From an uncultured Spirochaetota bacterium (lineage in GTDB: Bacteria; Spirochaetota; Spirochaetia; Treponematales; UBA12059): a stretch of DNA of 64,000 bases. This document shows, piece after piece, positions 16,387 through 25,799 of this stretch. A program made the translations under genes and the position numbers. Location: positions 1,057 to 65,056 of the forward strand of contig CALMRC010000051.1 in NCBI GenBank assembly GCA_937873275.1. Direction: 5' to 3'. Under the pieces are notes generated by a model, which was not told the origin of the DNA, did not search any database, and worked only from the letters and a program-made list of their open reading frames with translations. Position 1 is the stretch's first letter, and each line of letters opens with the position of its first letter.

Positions 16387-17781
16387 ATGTTCCTTCCGAA
16401 AGCCCTGCGCCTTGGGACCTGGGCGGCCACGCTGGCCTTCGCGGCCGCGTTCACGATCATCCTGTTCTTCGCGGTCCCGGGCATACCCCTGCCGACCGCC
16501 TCCGCCCTGGGGGCGGCCACCTTCATGGTCCTCTTCCTGGCCCGGATCGCCGTTCTCCGGGCCCTGGACTCGGACCTCCGGAAGCGGCACTTCGGCCGCC
16601 CGGAGACCCGGATCATCCTGGACTTCGTGGAGCGGCTCCGGGTCTCCTTCACGGTGGCGGACCTGGTGGAGGCCGCCCGGGAGCACCTGGAGAAGCGGGC
16701 CGACGCGAGCCTCTTGTTCGTCAAGGACTCCACCTGGGAAACCTACTACGCCAGCCCCTCGGCGACGACGACGGACGAGGAGATCCTCCGGACCATCAAG
16801 CGGAATTTCCGGGGTTGGCCGGACGGATTCTTCTTCCTGGACGAAGGCTTCAACGTCCACCCGGGCGGCCCGGGAAGCCGGGGCTTCCTGATCGTCTGCG
16901 AGGGCTTCCATTTCTACTTCTTCACCCGGATCGGCGGGGCCGTGGAGCCCGAGGCCTTCCGGATGCTCCAGGGGGAGCTCCAGCTTTACTTCAGCCGGAT
17001 CGCCACGGTGGCCCGGCTCTTCGAGATCGCCGCCCTCTCCAAGGAGTGGTCCCTGATCGCGGAGACCCAGCGCTCCTTCCTTCCCAAGGAGATGCCCAAG
17101 ATGGCGAAGCTGGAGACCGCGGCCTACTACCGCCCCCTGGTCAACGTCTCCGGGGACTACTACGACGTGATCCCCATCGATTACCGCCGCACCCTCCTCG
17201 TGGTGGGGGACGTGTCCGGCAAGGGACTGGCCGCGGCCCTGATCATGGGCATCATCGTGAACACGATCCGGATGGCGCCGGACAAGTCCGACCTGGCCTT
17301 CCTGGTGCGAAGCGTGGACGAGGCCATCCGGTCGATGCGGTTCGAGGACAAGTACACGGTCATCTTCCTGGGGATCGTCGATACGGGGGAGAAGGTATTG
17401 CGGTACGTGAACGCCTCCATGTCGGATCCCATCGTCGTCTCCCAGACCGCCCTGGGCGCCAAGCCCAAGAAGCTGGAGTCCACCATGAGTCTCCTCGGCC
17501 TCCTGCCCCTGGAGGGGGAGATCGTCGTCGAGGAGATCCCCCTTCGGACCGACGACGTGATCCTGGTGGCCTCCGACGGCCTGCTGGAGCTCGAGAACCG
17601 GAACGGGGAACAGCTGGGCGAATCCGCCGCCTTCGAGCGGCTCCTGCAGCAATCCTCCCGGGAATCCGCGGAGAGTTTCGTGGAAGGCCTCGCCGGGTTC
17701 GCCTACTCCTACGTGGAGGGACGGCAGCTTCGGGACGACATCACCATCCTGGCCGCCAAGGTGGGTAGACTATGGGACTGA
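16387..17781 (+). CDS. membrane-anchored PP2C/SpoIIE-family serine phosphatase
   Basis: 464 aa with N-terminal TM helices and a C-terminal SpoIIE domain (SGDYYDV...GDVSGKGLAAAL...ASDGLLE). AAGGAG RBS. Confidence 0.8.
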   Translation: MFLPKALRLGTWAATLAFAAAFTIILFFAVPGIPLPTASALGAATFMVLFLARIAVLRALDSDLRKRHFGRPETRIILDFVERLRVSFTVADLVEAAREHLEKRADASLLFVKDSTWETYYASPSATTTDEEILRTIKRNFRGWPDGFFFLDEGFNVHPGGPGSRGFLIVCEGFHFYFFTRIGGAVEPEAFRMLQGELQLYFSRIATVARLFEIAALSKEWSLIAETQRSFLPKEMPKMAKLETAAYYRPLVNVSGDYYDVIPIDYRRTLLVVGDVSGKGLAAALIMGIIVNTIRMAPDKSDLAFLVRSVDEAIRSMRFEDKYTVIFLGIVDTGEKVLRYVNASMSDPIVVSQTALGAKPKKLESTMSLLGLLPLEGEIVVEEIPLRTDDVILVASDGLLELENRNGEQLGESAAFERLLQQSSRESAESFVEGLAGFAYSYVEGRQLRDDITILAAKVGRLWD

Positions 17782-19922
17782 CGGTTTTCGCCTTCCTGGC
17801 CCCCCCGGTACTCCTCACCCTCTGGATCCGGGCCCGGCCCCGTATCCGGGGCACCGCCTGGAGCCGGTACTTCCTGATCGTGGCCGGATTCTTCTCGGTC
17901 TTCACGGTCTCCATGGGGATCGCCTACATCTCCGCACAACCCTACGCGGAAACCCAGGCGGTCCCCCTCTTCCTGACCCGACTGGCCGCGGCCGCCGCCG
18001 CCGCGGGATACATAGCCCTGTTCCGGGTCTGCCTGACCTTTCCCTACGATTCCAAGAACGCCGCGGCCGACCTCCTGGCCGTGGCGGCCACGGCGGCCGT
18101 TTTCGCCCTGAACCTCGGGACGGAGCTCTACGTCCGCCACGTGGAACGGGTCAACCTGGACTTCATCCGGCACGAGGGTCCCCTGTACGGGGCCGTCACC
18201 GTCGGCGCGGCGGGCCTGGGATTCCTGGGGGCGATCCTTCTGACGTTCCGCAGCTTTTCCATGCGCAGCCGCATCTACCAGCAGCAGAGCCGGATCCTGG
18301 CCCTGGGCATCGTCGTCAGCATCGTGGTGGGGTTCCTGCTGGCCATCCGGCTGCCCCAGGTCCTCCGGATCGGGGCCTTCTACCTCCTTTCCACCCTAAG
18401 CCCCATCATCCTGGGGGTGGGCTACTATTTCGCGGTCTCCATCTCCCGGATCTTCGCCTGGAAGGAGGTAGGCCGCAGGGTCCTGTCCTACCTCCTCCTG
18501 CTCACCCTGACGGGGATTCCCGTGGGGTGGGCCTCGGCCGCGATCCTGCGCGCCGGCCTGCCGGCGTCGAGCGCGGCGGGGTTCGTGTTCCTGATCTTCG
18601 CCCTGGGGGCCTACCTGGCCTCCGCCTTCGTGAACCGCTTCCTGGACCCCATCGCGGGCCGGAGGAAATACCGCGAGGCCCTCCAGGACGCCCTGGCCCG
18701 GGTGGACCTTTCGGGAGGCCGGGACACGGTCCTCCGGCAGGTCCACTCCATCCTCTCGGAGCCCCTCGAGTTCCGGGATCTCGCCATCCTCGTGGCGGAC
18801 GACGAGGGGGCCCTTCGGCCCGTGTTCTCGACCTTCGGCACCGAGCGGACCCTCCCGGGGGATTCCCGGGCCCTGCGGGAGTTGGCCCGCACGGGAGTCA
18901 CGGTCTTGCTGAAGACCGAGGTCGTGGCCAACCGGGCCTACGCGGTGTTCAAGAAGGAATTCCTGGAGATCTTCGAATCCTATCGGGCGGAGGCCCTGAT
19001 CGCGGTCCGGGAAGGCCGGGAAACCCTCGGCATCCTGGCCCTGGGAGCCCGCTCCTCCGGGGGCGACTACACCGCCTACGACTACGAGACCCTGCGGTCC
19101 ATCTACGGAAAGCTGTTCGTGGTCCTGTATTACGTGAAGAACATAGCCCGGGAATCCATCCTGAGCACCGTGGACCGGGAGATCGCCTACTCCAGCCAGG
19201 TGATCGAATCCATCCAGGGGAACGTGGACCGGATCGACCACCCCAAGGCGGACGCCCACTTCCTGGCCCGGTCCACCCGGAAGCTCGGGGGCGACTTCAT
19301 CGACTTCCTCCGGCTGAGCTCGGACCGGTATTTCTTCGTGGCCGGGGACGTCTCCGGCAAGGGCCTGAACGCCTCCATGTCCATGATCATCCTGAAGACC
19401 ATGATCCGGACCTTCCTCAAGGAGGAAAAGGACTTCACCCGGATCGCGGAGCGCGCGAACGCCTTCATCAAGGACAACCTCCCCCGGGGGACCTTCTTCG
19501 CGGGGATCTTCGGGTACTTCGATTTCGCGAAGGACTCCCTGTACTTCATCAACTGCGGGATCCCCGTCCTCTTCCTGTATTCCCCGGTGTTCAACACGAT
19601 CATCGAGATCCAGGGGGAGGGACGGGTGCTCGGATTCGTCCGGGACATCCGGCCCTACCTGAAACTCCGGCGGGTCCCCCTGGCCTCGGACGCCGTCCTC
19701 CTCCTTTCCACGGACGGGATCCTGGATTCCGAGAATCTCCGGGGGGAACGGTACGGCAAGGAACGTCTCCAGAGATCCTTCTCGAACCACCGGGGAAAAT
19801 CCGCCCGGGAACTCGCGGAGGGTGTGGTCGCCGACCTGCTGGCCTTCACGGACGACCGGCTGGAGGACGACATCACCGTCTTCGCGCTGAAATACGACAC
19901 CCAAGCCAGGAGCCCGACATGA
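17772..19922 (+). CDS. polytopic-membrane sensor fused to PP2C/SpoIIE phosphatase
   Basis: 716 aa. The N-terminal ~330 aa are hydrophobic and multi-TM, followed by a central sensor-like region and a SpoIIE domain (GGDFIDF...GDVSGKGLNASM...STDGILD). It overlaps the previous gene by 10 nt. Confidence 0.8.
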   Translation: MGLTVFAFLAPPVLLTLWIRARPRIRGTAWSRYFLIVAGFFSVFTVSMGIAYISAQPYAETQAVPLFLTRLAAAAAAAGYIALFRVCLTFPYDSKNAAADLLAVAATAAVFALNLGTELYVRHVERVNLDFIRHEGPLYGAVTVGAAGLGFLGAILLTFRSFSMRSRIYQQQSRILALGIVVSIVVGFLLAIRLPQVLRIGAFYLLSTLSPIILGVGYYFAVSISRIFAWKEVGRRVLSYLLLLTLTGIPVGWASAAILRAGLPASSAAGFVFLIFALGAYLASAFVNRFLDPIAGRRKYREALQDALARVDLSGGRDTVLRQVHSILSEPLEFRDLAILVADDEGALRPVFSTFGTERTLPGDSRALRELARTGVTVLLKTEVVANRAYAVFKKEFLEIFESYRAEALIAVREGRETLGILALGARSSGGDYTAYDYETLRSIYGKLFVVLYYVKNIARESILSTVDREIAYSSQVIESIQGNVDRIDHPKADAHFLARSTRKLGGDFIDFLRLSSDRYFFVAGDVSGKGLNASMSMIILKTMIRTFLKEEKDFTRIAERANAFIKDNLPRGTFFAGIFGYFDFAKDSLYFINCGIPVLFLYSPVFNTIIEIQGEGRVLGFVRDIRPYLKLRRVPLASDAVLLLSTDGILDSENLRGERYGKERLQRSFSNHRGKSARELAEGVVADLLAFTDDRLEDDITVFALKYDTQARSPT

Positions 19923-20245
19923 ACCAGCTCAACATCGAGGAGCGCCGGGAGGGGACCTTCACGGTCCTGGTCCTGACCGGCCCCGTGAACAGCTACACCT
20001 TCACGGAGTTCCAGGACCGCGTCTACCGAACCGTACGGGAAACCGACACGGCGGTGGACATGGAACACGTCACGACCCTTTCCTCCGCCGGCCTCGGCGC
20101 CCTCATGGTGGCCCTGGAGGACGCGGAGGCCGCGGGCAAGAAGCTCTGGATCCTGAAGCCCTCCGAGATCGTCCGGCTGGCCATCGAGTCCACCGGATTC
20201 TCGGACCGGTTTCCCGTAACCCGGACCCTCAAGGGCCTGGCCTGA
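19919..20245 (+). CDS. STAS-domain anti-sigma-factor antagonist (SpoIIAA/RsbV-like)
   Basis: 108 aa with a candidate phospho-serine context (VTTLSSAGLGAL). ATGA overlap with the phosphatase stop. Confidence 0.8.
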   Translation: MNQLNIEERREGTFTVLVLTGPVNSYTFTEFQDRVYRTVRETDTAVDMEHVTTLSSAGLGALMVALEDAEAAGKKLWILKPSEIVRLAIESTGFSDRFPVTRTLKGLA

Positions 20246-20254
20246 TCGACCCGG

Positions 20255-20731
20255 ATGGACGGCTCCCCGCCTCGGATTCTCCGCTCCGCGGTCCTTCCGG
20301 CGGATCCCGAGGCCGTTCCGGCCTTCGAGGACTGGCTGGACACTATTCCCCCGACCCGCCCTTCCCTGGGGAACCGGATCCGGCTGGCGGGGGGAGAGAT
20401 CCTGGACAACATCGTGCGGCATTCCCGGCCCGCGGGCGGCCTCATACGGGTGCGCCTGCGCGCCTCCGGGGATTCGGCGCGCCTGTCCTTCTCCTTCCGG
20501 TCCGAGTCCTTCCGGGATTTCGTCCGGAACGGTCCCGACGCCCGGAACGGATCAATCGCCCGGACCGCCTACGATCCCGGCTCCCGCCGATGGAGGGGCC
20601 TGGGCCTGGTCATGATCGCCCGCCTGACCGACGATGTCCGGTACCGCTCGGGATGGCCGAAGGACAGGATCGTCGCGGAATTCCGGGATTTCGGCGCTTC
20701 CTCTTGTACACCCGGTACCGGTGGTGTATGA
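20255..20731 (+). CDS. putative HATPase-type anti-sigma factor / serine kinase (RsbW/SpoIIAB-like)
   Basis: 158 aa with an N-box-like GGEILDNIVRHS and a G-box-like WRGLGLVMIARL. Its position after the STAS gene supports the call. Confidence 0.55.
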   Translation: MDGSPPRILRSAVLPADPEAVPAFEDWLDTIPPTRPSLGNRIRLAGGEILDNIVRHSRPAGGLIRVRLRASGDSARLSFSFRSESFRDFVRNGPDARNGSIARTAYDPGSRRWRGLGLVMIARLTDDVRYRSGWPKDRIVAEFRDFGASSCTPGTGGV

Positions 20732-20732
20732 T
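20704..20732 (+). promoter_or_regulatory. sigma70-like promoter TTGTAC-N17-TATGAT for the nucleoside ABC operon
   Basis: Hexamers and the 17-nt spacer were counted by hand. The promoter lies ~100 nt upstream of ATG 20840. Confidence 0.5.
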
Positions 20733-20839
20733 ACTGGTCCCCGGTGTCGCGCGGCAGGCTCGCGAATTCGGCCGGCGGCGCTTCGCCCAGGACGGAAGCC
20801 GTGTGCGTCCGTAATGTCCCAAATGTGAAGGAAACCTTC

Positions 20840-21922
20840 ATGAAATCCAAGATTTCCGTCGTCCTCATCGGCATCCTTCTGGTACTGGCCGTGGCCGGCT
20901 GCGCGAAGAAAGAAGCTCCGGCTCCCGCCGCCCCGTCCATGAAGGTCGGCATGGTCACCGACGCCGGCACCATCGACGACAAGTCGTTCAACCAGGGAAC
21001 CTGGGAAGGCGTCCTCCGCGCCGGCACCGAGTTCAAGCTGGACACCAAGTACCTGAAGCCCTCCGGGACCACCGAGGCGGATTACCTCAAGGAAATCGGC
21101 AACCTCTACGATGCGGGCTACAAGTTCATCGTGACCCCGGGCTTCAAGTTCGAGACCACCATCTTCCAGGCCCAGACCAAGTACGCGGACGCCAAGTTCG
21201 TCCTGATCGACGGCAGCCCCCACGCCGGGGACTGGAAGAACGTGGTCGGTCCCAACACCGTGTCCATCTTCTTCGCGGAGCACGAGTCCGGCTTCGTGGC
21301 CGGCGTCGCCGCCGCCCTCCAGATGAAGACCGGGTCCTTCGGCTTCATCGGCGGCATGGAGATTCCCCCGGTCCAGAAGTTCAATTGGGGCTTCCAGCGG
21401 GGCGTAGACTACGCGAACAAGAACCTGGGAACCAAGATCACCATCAAGGCCGAGAACGTGATCTACCAGGGCTCCTTCGACAACGTGGCCGCGGGCCAGC
21501 AGATCGCCGCCTCCATGTACGACAAGGGCGTCACCGTGATCTTCGCGGCCGCCGGCGGCGTGGGCGTGGGCGCCATCAACGAGGCCAAGGCCCGGGCCAC
21601 CGCGGGCAAGACCGCCTGGATCGTGGGCGTGGACGTTGACCAGTACGCCGACGGCATCTACACCGGCGACAAGTCCGTCATCCTGACCAGCGCCATGAAG
21701 CGCATCGACGTGGCCGCCTTCGACATGATCAAGGCCGAGCTGGACAAGACCTTCCCCGGCGGGAAGACCCTCACCTTCGACGCCAAGAACAACGGCGTCG
21801 GCATCCCCGCCAAGAATCCCAACCTCGCCCCCGAAGTCCAGGCCAAGGTCGAGGAGATCTTCAAGCTCATGCAGAACGGAACCATCACGGTTCCCGCCGA
21901 CCAGGGCACCTTCATCAAGTAG
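20840..21922 (+). CDS. BMP-family (PnrA/TmpC-like) nucleoside-binding ABC lipoprotein
   Basis: Start ATG 20840 with lipoprotein signal MKSKISVVLIGILLVLAVAGC. It contains the BMP-family pattern (VTDAGTIDDKSFNQ...). Confidence 0.85.
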   Translation: MKSKISVVLIGILLVLAVAGCAKKEAPAPAAPSMKVGMVTDAGTIDDKSFNQGTWEGVLRAGTEFKLDTKYLKPSGTTEADYLKEIGNLYDAGYKFIVTPGFKFETTIFQAQTKYADAKFVLIDGSPHAGDWKNVVGPNTVSIFFAEHESGFVAGVAAALQMKTGSFGFIGGMEIPPVQKFNWGFQRGVDYANKNLGTKITIKAENVIYQGSFDNVAAGQQIAASMYDKGVTVIFAAAGGVGVGAINEAKARATAGKTAWIVGVDVDQYADGIYTGDKSVILTSAMKRIDVAAFDMIKAELDKTFPGGKTLTFDAKNNGVGIPAKNPNLAPEVQAKVEEIFKLMQNGTITVPADQGTFIK

Positions 21923-21944
21923 GAATCCGCCCCGGCAATCCAGG

Positions 21945-21975
21945 GCCGCCGCCGCGAGGCGGCGGCTTTTTTCTT
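21945..21975 (+). terminator. intra-operon rho-independent terminator/attenuator after the BMP lipoprotein gene
   Basis: GCCGCCGCC-GCGA-GGCGGCGGC followed by TTTTTTCTT. It lies between the binding-protein gene and the ATPase gene. Confidence 0.7.
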
Positions 21976-22084
21976 GTCGAGCCCCCGGGGGGCGGATTAT
22001 ACTGCTGTTCCGAAACCCGCGGCCGTCCGCGGGACGTTCGACGCCAAGGGGGCCCCCCTCCTTGGCCCGCGCCAAGGAGAGGGC

Positions 22085-23611
22085 ATGGAATACATAGTCG
22101 AGATGCTCCACATCACCAAGGACTTCCCCGGAATACGCGCCAACGACGATATCACCGTGCAGCTCCGGAAGGGCGAGATCCACGCCCTCCTGGGGGAGAA
22201 CGGGGCGGGCAAGTCCACCCTGATGAGCATCCTCTTCGGCCTGTATCGGCCGGACGCCGGGGTCATCAAGGTCCGGGGCAACGAGGTGGCCATCCACAAC
22301 CCCAACGTGGCCAACGCCCTGGGCATCGGCATGGTCCACCAGCACTTCAAGCTGGTTCACAACTTCACGGTCACGGAGAACATCATCCTGGGGATGGAAC
22401 CCACCGTAGGCCCCATGCTTCAGACCCGGGACGCCGCCAAGCGGATCAAGGCCCTGTCCGAGCAGTACGGCCTGAACGTGGATCCGGACGCCAAGATCGA
22501 GGACATCTCCGTGGGGATGCAGCAGCGGGTGGAGATCATCAAGATGCTCTACCGCAACGCGGAAGTGCTCATCTTCGACGAGCCCACCGCCGTGCTGACG
22601 CCCCAGGAAATCACGGACCTCATGCAGATCATTCGGAACCTGATCAAGGAGGGAAAATCCATCCTCCTCATCACCCACAAGCTCAAGGAGATCAAGGCCA
22701 TCGCGGACCGCTGCACCGTCATTCGGCGCGGCAAGGTCGTCGACACCGTGGACGTCGCGGACGTGGCGGAGTCCCGGATGGCGGAGATGATGGTGGGTCG
22801 CACGGTTAACTTCACCGTGGACAAGCGGGACCAGGAGCGGGGCGAGGCGGTCCTGTCGATCCGGAACCTGAACGTACTGTCCAGCCGCAAGACCCAGGCC
22901 TTGAAGAATTTCTCCCTCGACGTGCACCGGGGGGAGATCCTAGGTCTGGCGGGGGTGGACGGCAACGGCCAGACCGAGCTGGTGGAGGCCTTGACCGGTC
23001 TGCGCAAGGTGGAATCCGGCTCCATCCTCTTCAAGGGCCGGGACATCACCCACGACGACATCCATTCCCGGGTGATGGCCGGCATGGCCCACATCCCCGA
23101 GGACCGGCAGAAGCGGGGCCTGGTCCTGGACTACACCATGGAGGACAACTTCATCCTGGAGATCTACGGCCGCGAGCCCTATTCGCATAAGGGGTTCCTG
23201 AATCGCAAGGCCATCCGGGACCACGCGGAAAAGCTGATCCGGGACTTCGACGTCCGATCCGGCCAGGGCGCCCTCTCCATGGGCCGGACCCTCTCCGGGG
23301 GAAACCAGCAGAAGGCCATCGTGGGCCGGGAGATCGACCACGACCCCGAGCTGCTCCTGGCGGTACAGCCCACCCGGGGATTGGACGTGGGATCCATCGA
23401 GTACATCCACAAACGGCTAGTGGAGCAGCGGAACAACGGCAAGGCGGTACTCCTGGTCTCCCTGGAGCTGGACGAGATCATGGATCTCTCCGACCGGATC
23501 GCGGTGATCAGCCACGGGGAGCTTACGGGCGTCAAGCTGCCGAAGGAGACCAACGAGAGCGAGATCGGCCTCATGATGGCCGGGATCGCGGGCGCGGGAG
23601 GGACGGAATGA
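22085..23611 (+). CDS. ABC transporter ATP-binding protein with two NBDs (nucleoside/simple-sugar type)
   Basis: Start ATG 22085 behind AAGGAGAGG. Two Walker A sites are present (GENGAGKST and GVDGNGQTE), along with LSGG signatures. Confidence 0.9.
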   Translation: MEYIVEMLHITKDFPGIRANDDITVQLRKGEIHALLGENGAGKSTLMSILFGLYRPDAGVIKVRGNEVAIHNPNVANALGIGMVHQHFKLVHNFTVTENIILGMEPTVGPMLQTRDAAKRIKALSEQYGLNVDPDAKIEDISVGMQQRVEIIKMLYRNAEVLIFDEPTAVLTPQEITDLMQIIRNLIKEGKSILLITHKLKEIKAIADRCTVIRRGKVVDTVDVADVAESRMAEMMVGRTVNFTVDKRDQERGEAVLSIRNLNVLSSRKTQALKNFSLDVHRGEILGLAGVDGNGQTELVEALTGLRKVESGSILFKGRDITHDDIHSRVMAGMAHIPEDRQKRGLVLDYTMEDNFILEIYGREPYSHKGFLNRKAIRDHAEKLIRDFDVRSGQGALSMGRTLSGGNQQKAIVGREIDHDPELLLAVQPTRGLDVGSIEYIHKRLVEQRNNGKAVLLVSLELDEIMDLSDRIAVISHGELTGVKLPKETNESEIGLMMAGIAGAGGTE

Positions 23612-24660
23612 GCCGCTTCAAGAATCTTTTCACCGCCCTGGCCGCGGTGGTCCTGGGACTCCTGGCCGGCGCGGTCTTCATGGCCCTCTCCGGATCCAAC
23701 CCCCTCGCGGGTTTCTACTACCTCTTCCGCGGAGGGCTGATGAACATGGAGCGCATCGGCAACACCCTTGCCTCCGCAACGACCCTCGTGTTCACCGGCC
23801 TGGCCGTGGCCTTCTCCTTCAAGACCGGCTTGTTCAACATCGGAGCCTCCGGCCAGATGCTCATGGGGGGACTCACGGCCACCGCCATCGGGCTGTCCGT
23901 CCAGATGCCCCGGATGATCCTCCTGCCCCTGATCGTCCTGGCCGCCGCGGCGGCCGGAGCCCTCTGGGCCGCGATTCCGGGCTTCCTCAAGGCCAAGTTC
24001 AACGTCCACGAGGTGGTGGCGACCATCATGATGAACTGGATCGCCTACTGGACCGTGTACTACACGATCCCGGCCTATTTCAAAGGCACCTTCCTGGAGA
24101 CCGAATCCCGGCGCATCCCCGCCCTGGCGTCCTTCCGGGTCGAATGGCTCACGAACATCTTCCGGGGTTCCTACATCAACATGGGCGTCTTCCTGGCCCT
24201 GACCGCGGTGATCGTCATCGCGATCATCCTGGAAAAGACGACCCTGGGCTTCGAGCTCAAGGCCGTGGGCTTCAACCGGTATGCCGCGGAATACGCGGGC
24301 ATCCACGTCCCCAAGAACATCGTACTGTCCATGTCCATCTCGGGAATCCTCGCGGGCCTGGCGGGGGCCACCTACTATTTGGGATACGCGGTGAACATGC
24401 AGATCGGCGTCGTACCCTCGGCGGGCATCGACGGCATCGCCGTGGCGCTCCTCGGGGCCAACAGCCCCTGGGGCGTACTCGCCTCCTCCCTGTTCTTCGG
24501 GATCCTCCACTCGGGGAAGGGTTTCATGAACGCCATGACCAAGGTTCCGCCGGAGATCGGGGACACCATCATCGCCATCATCATCTACTTCGCCGCGACG
24601 GGCGTGCTATTCACCCGCCTCTGGGAACGCATCACGCGGAAGTGGAACAAGGAGGCCTAG
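23608..24660 (+). CDS. ABC transporter permease (BMP-type system)
   Basis: 350 aa, multi-TM. It has a 4-nt overlap with the ATPase gene. Confidence 0.85.
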   Translation: MSRFKNLFTALAAVVLGLLAGAVFMALSGSNPLAGFYYLFRGGLMNMERIGNTLASATTLVFTGLAVAFSFKTGLFNIGASGQMLMGGLTATAIGLSVQMPRMILLPLIVLAAAAAGALWAAIPGFLKAKFNVHEVVATIMMNWIAYWTVYYTIPAYFKGTFLETESRRIPALASFRVEWLTNIFRGSYINMGVFLALTAVIVIAIILEKTTLGFELKAVGFNRYAAEYAGIHVPKNIVLSMSISGILAGLAGATYYLGYAVNMQIGVVPSAGIDGIAVALLGANSPWGVLASSLFFGILHSGKGFMNAMTKVPPEIGDTIIAIIIYFAATGVLFTRLWERITRKWNKEA

Positions 24661-24661
24661 G

Positions 24662-25615
24662 ATGCATACCCTCGCCTTGATCTTCCCCTACGCCGTCGCC
24701 TTCACCGTACCCCTGCTGGCCGCATCCTTGGGGGGCCTGTTCAGCGAGCGCTCCGGCGTGGTGAACATCGGCCTCGAGGGGCTGATGGTATCGGGCTCCT
24801 TCACCTGCGCCGTCGTTGCCAGCCGCATGGAGACGGTACTGGGTCCCGGAAATCCCGGCGCGCTCTGGATGGGCCTGGGAGCGGCCGTGGTCGTGGGGGC
24901 CCTCTTCTCCCTGCTCCACGCCTTCGCCAGCATCAGCCTCAAGGCCAACCAGGTCATCAGCGGCACGGCGATCAACATGATCGCCGGATCCCTGACGGTC
25001 TTCCTGGCCCGGACCATGACCGGGTCCGGGAACGTCCGGATCGTCCTGGGCTTCATCCCCTCGGACATCCCGGTCCTCTCGGGCATACCGATCCTGGGTC
25101 CCCTGTTCTTCACGAAGACGTACGCCACCACCTGGCTGATGGCCGCGGTCCTGGCCGTCGCCTGGTTCGTCATCTACAAGACCCCCTTCGGCCTGCGCCT
25201 CCGGGCTTGCGGGGAACACCCCCAGACCGCCGACGCGGCGGGTATCAACGTCTACCGCATGCGCTACATCGCGGTGGTGCTGTCCGGCGCCCTGGCGGGC
25301 TTGGCGGGCGGGATCATCCTGGTGACCTATTCCGGGGAGTTCAACGGAAACGTCGCGGGCCTGGGCTTCCTGGCCCTGGCGGCCCTGATCTTCGGGCAGT
25401 GGAAACCCCTGGGCATCCTGGGGGCCACGGCCTTCTTCGGGTTCGCGGCCACGATCGCCAACGTCTCCCAGGTGATTCCCCAGTTCTCCCGGATACCGGG
25501 TCTCCTCTTGAAGGCCTTCCCCTACGTGGTCACCCTGATCGCCCTGGTCCTCTTCTCCAAGAGCAGCCAGGCGCCCCGGGCCTCGGGGGAGCCCTTTGAC
25601 CAGGGCAAACGATGA
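24662..25615 (+). CDS. ABC transporter permease (BMP-type system)
   Basis: 317 aa, multi-TM. It directly follows the first permease. Confidence 0.85.
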   Translation: MHTLALIFPYAVAFTVPLLAASLGGLFSERSGVVNIGLEGLMVSGSFTCAVVASRMETVLGPGNPGALWMGLGAAVVVGALFSLLHAFASISLKANQVISGTAINMIAGSLTVFLARTMTGSGNVRIVLGFIPSDIPVLSGIPILGPLFFTKTYATTWLMAAVLAVAWFVIYKTPFGLRLRACGEHPQTADAAGINVYRMRYIAVVLSGALAGLAGGIILVTYSGEFNGNVAGLGFLALAALIFGQWKPLGILGATAFFGFAATIANVSQVIPQFSRIPGLLLKAFPYVVTLIALVLFSKSSQAPRASGEPFDQGKR

Positions 25616-25628
25616 GTTTTCCGGAATA

Positions 25629-25728
25629 GCGCCGGGCCGCGGGCCCGGCGGCAACGAAGCCCTTCGGGCTTCGTCGAACCTCACGATTATTCCGGCAGCT
25701 CCGATACGATCGCGACGCCGTTGGACGC
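25629..25728. repeat. solo copy of the hairpin-hairpin-relic repeat unit
   Basis: GCGCCGGGCCGCGGGCCCGGCGGC (9-bp stem), then ACGAAGCCC-TTC-GGGCTTCGT hairpin, spacer and relic. The same module occurs at 32.0-32.3 kb in the same orientation. Confidence 0.75.
25687..25728 (-). pseudogene. relic of a deoC2-type 3' end (ASNGVAIVSELPE-stop) on the far side of the BMC locus
   Basis: Minus-strand reading GCG TCC AAC GGC GTC GCG ATC GTA TCG GAG CTG CCG GAA TAA, preceded by an in-frame stop. 35/42 nt are identical to 32284-32325 by hand alignment, and 5 of the 6 coding differences are synonymous. Confidence 0.7.
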
Positions 25729-25799
25729 TCATCTCCGGCGCGCGAAAAAATCGGCCCCCGAACACCGGGGGCCGCTTCGTATTCGGAGGATCGGAACCC

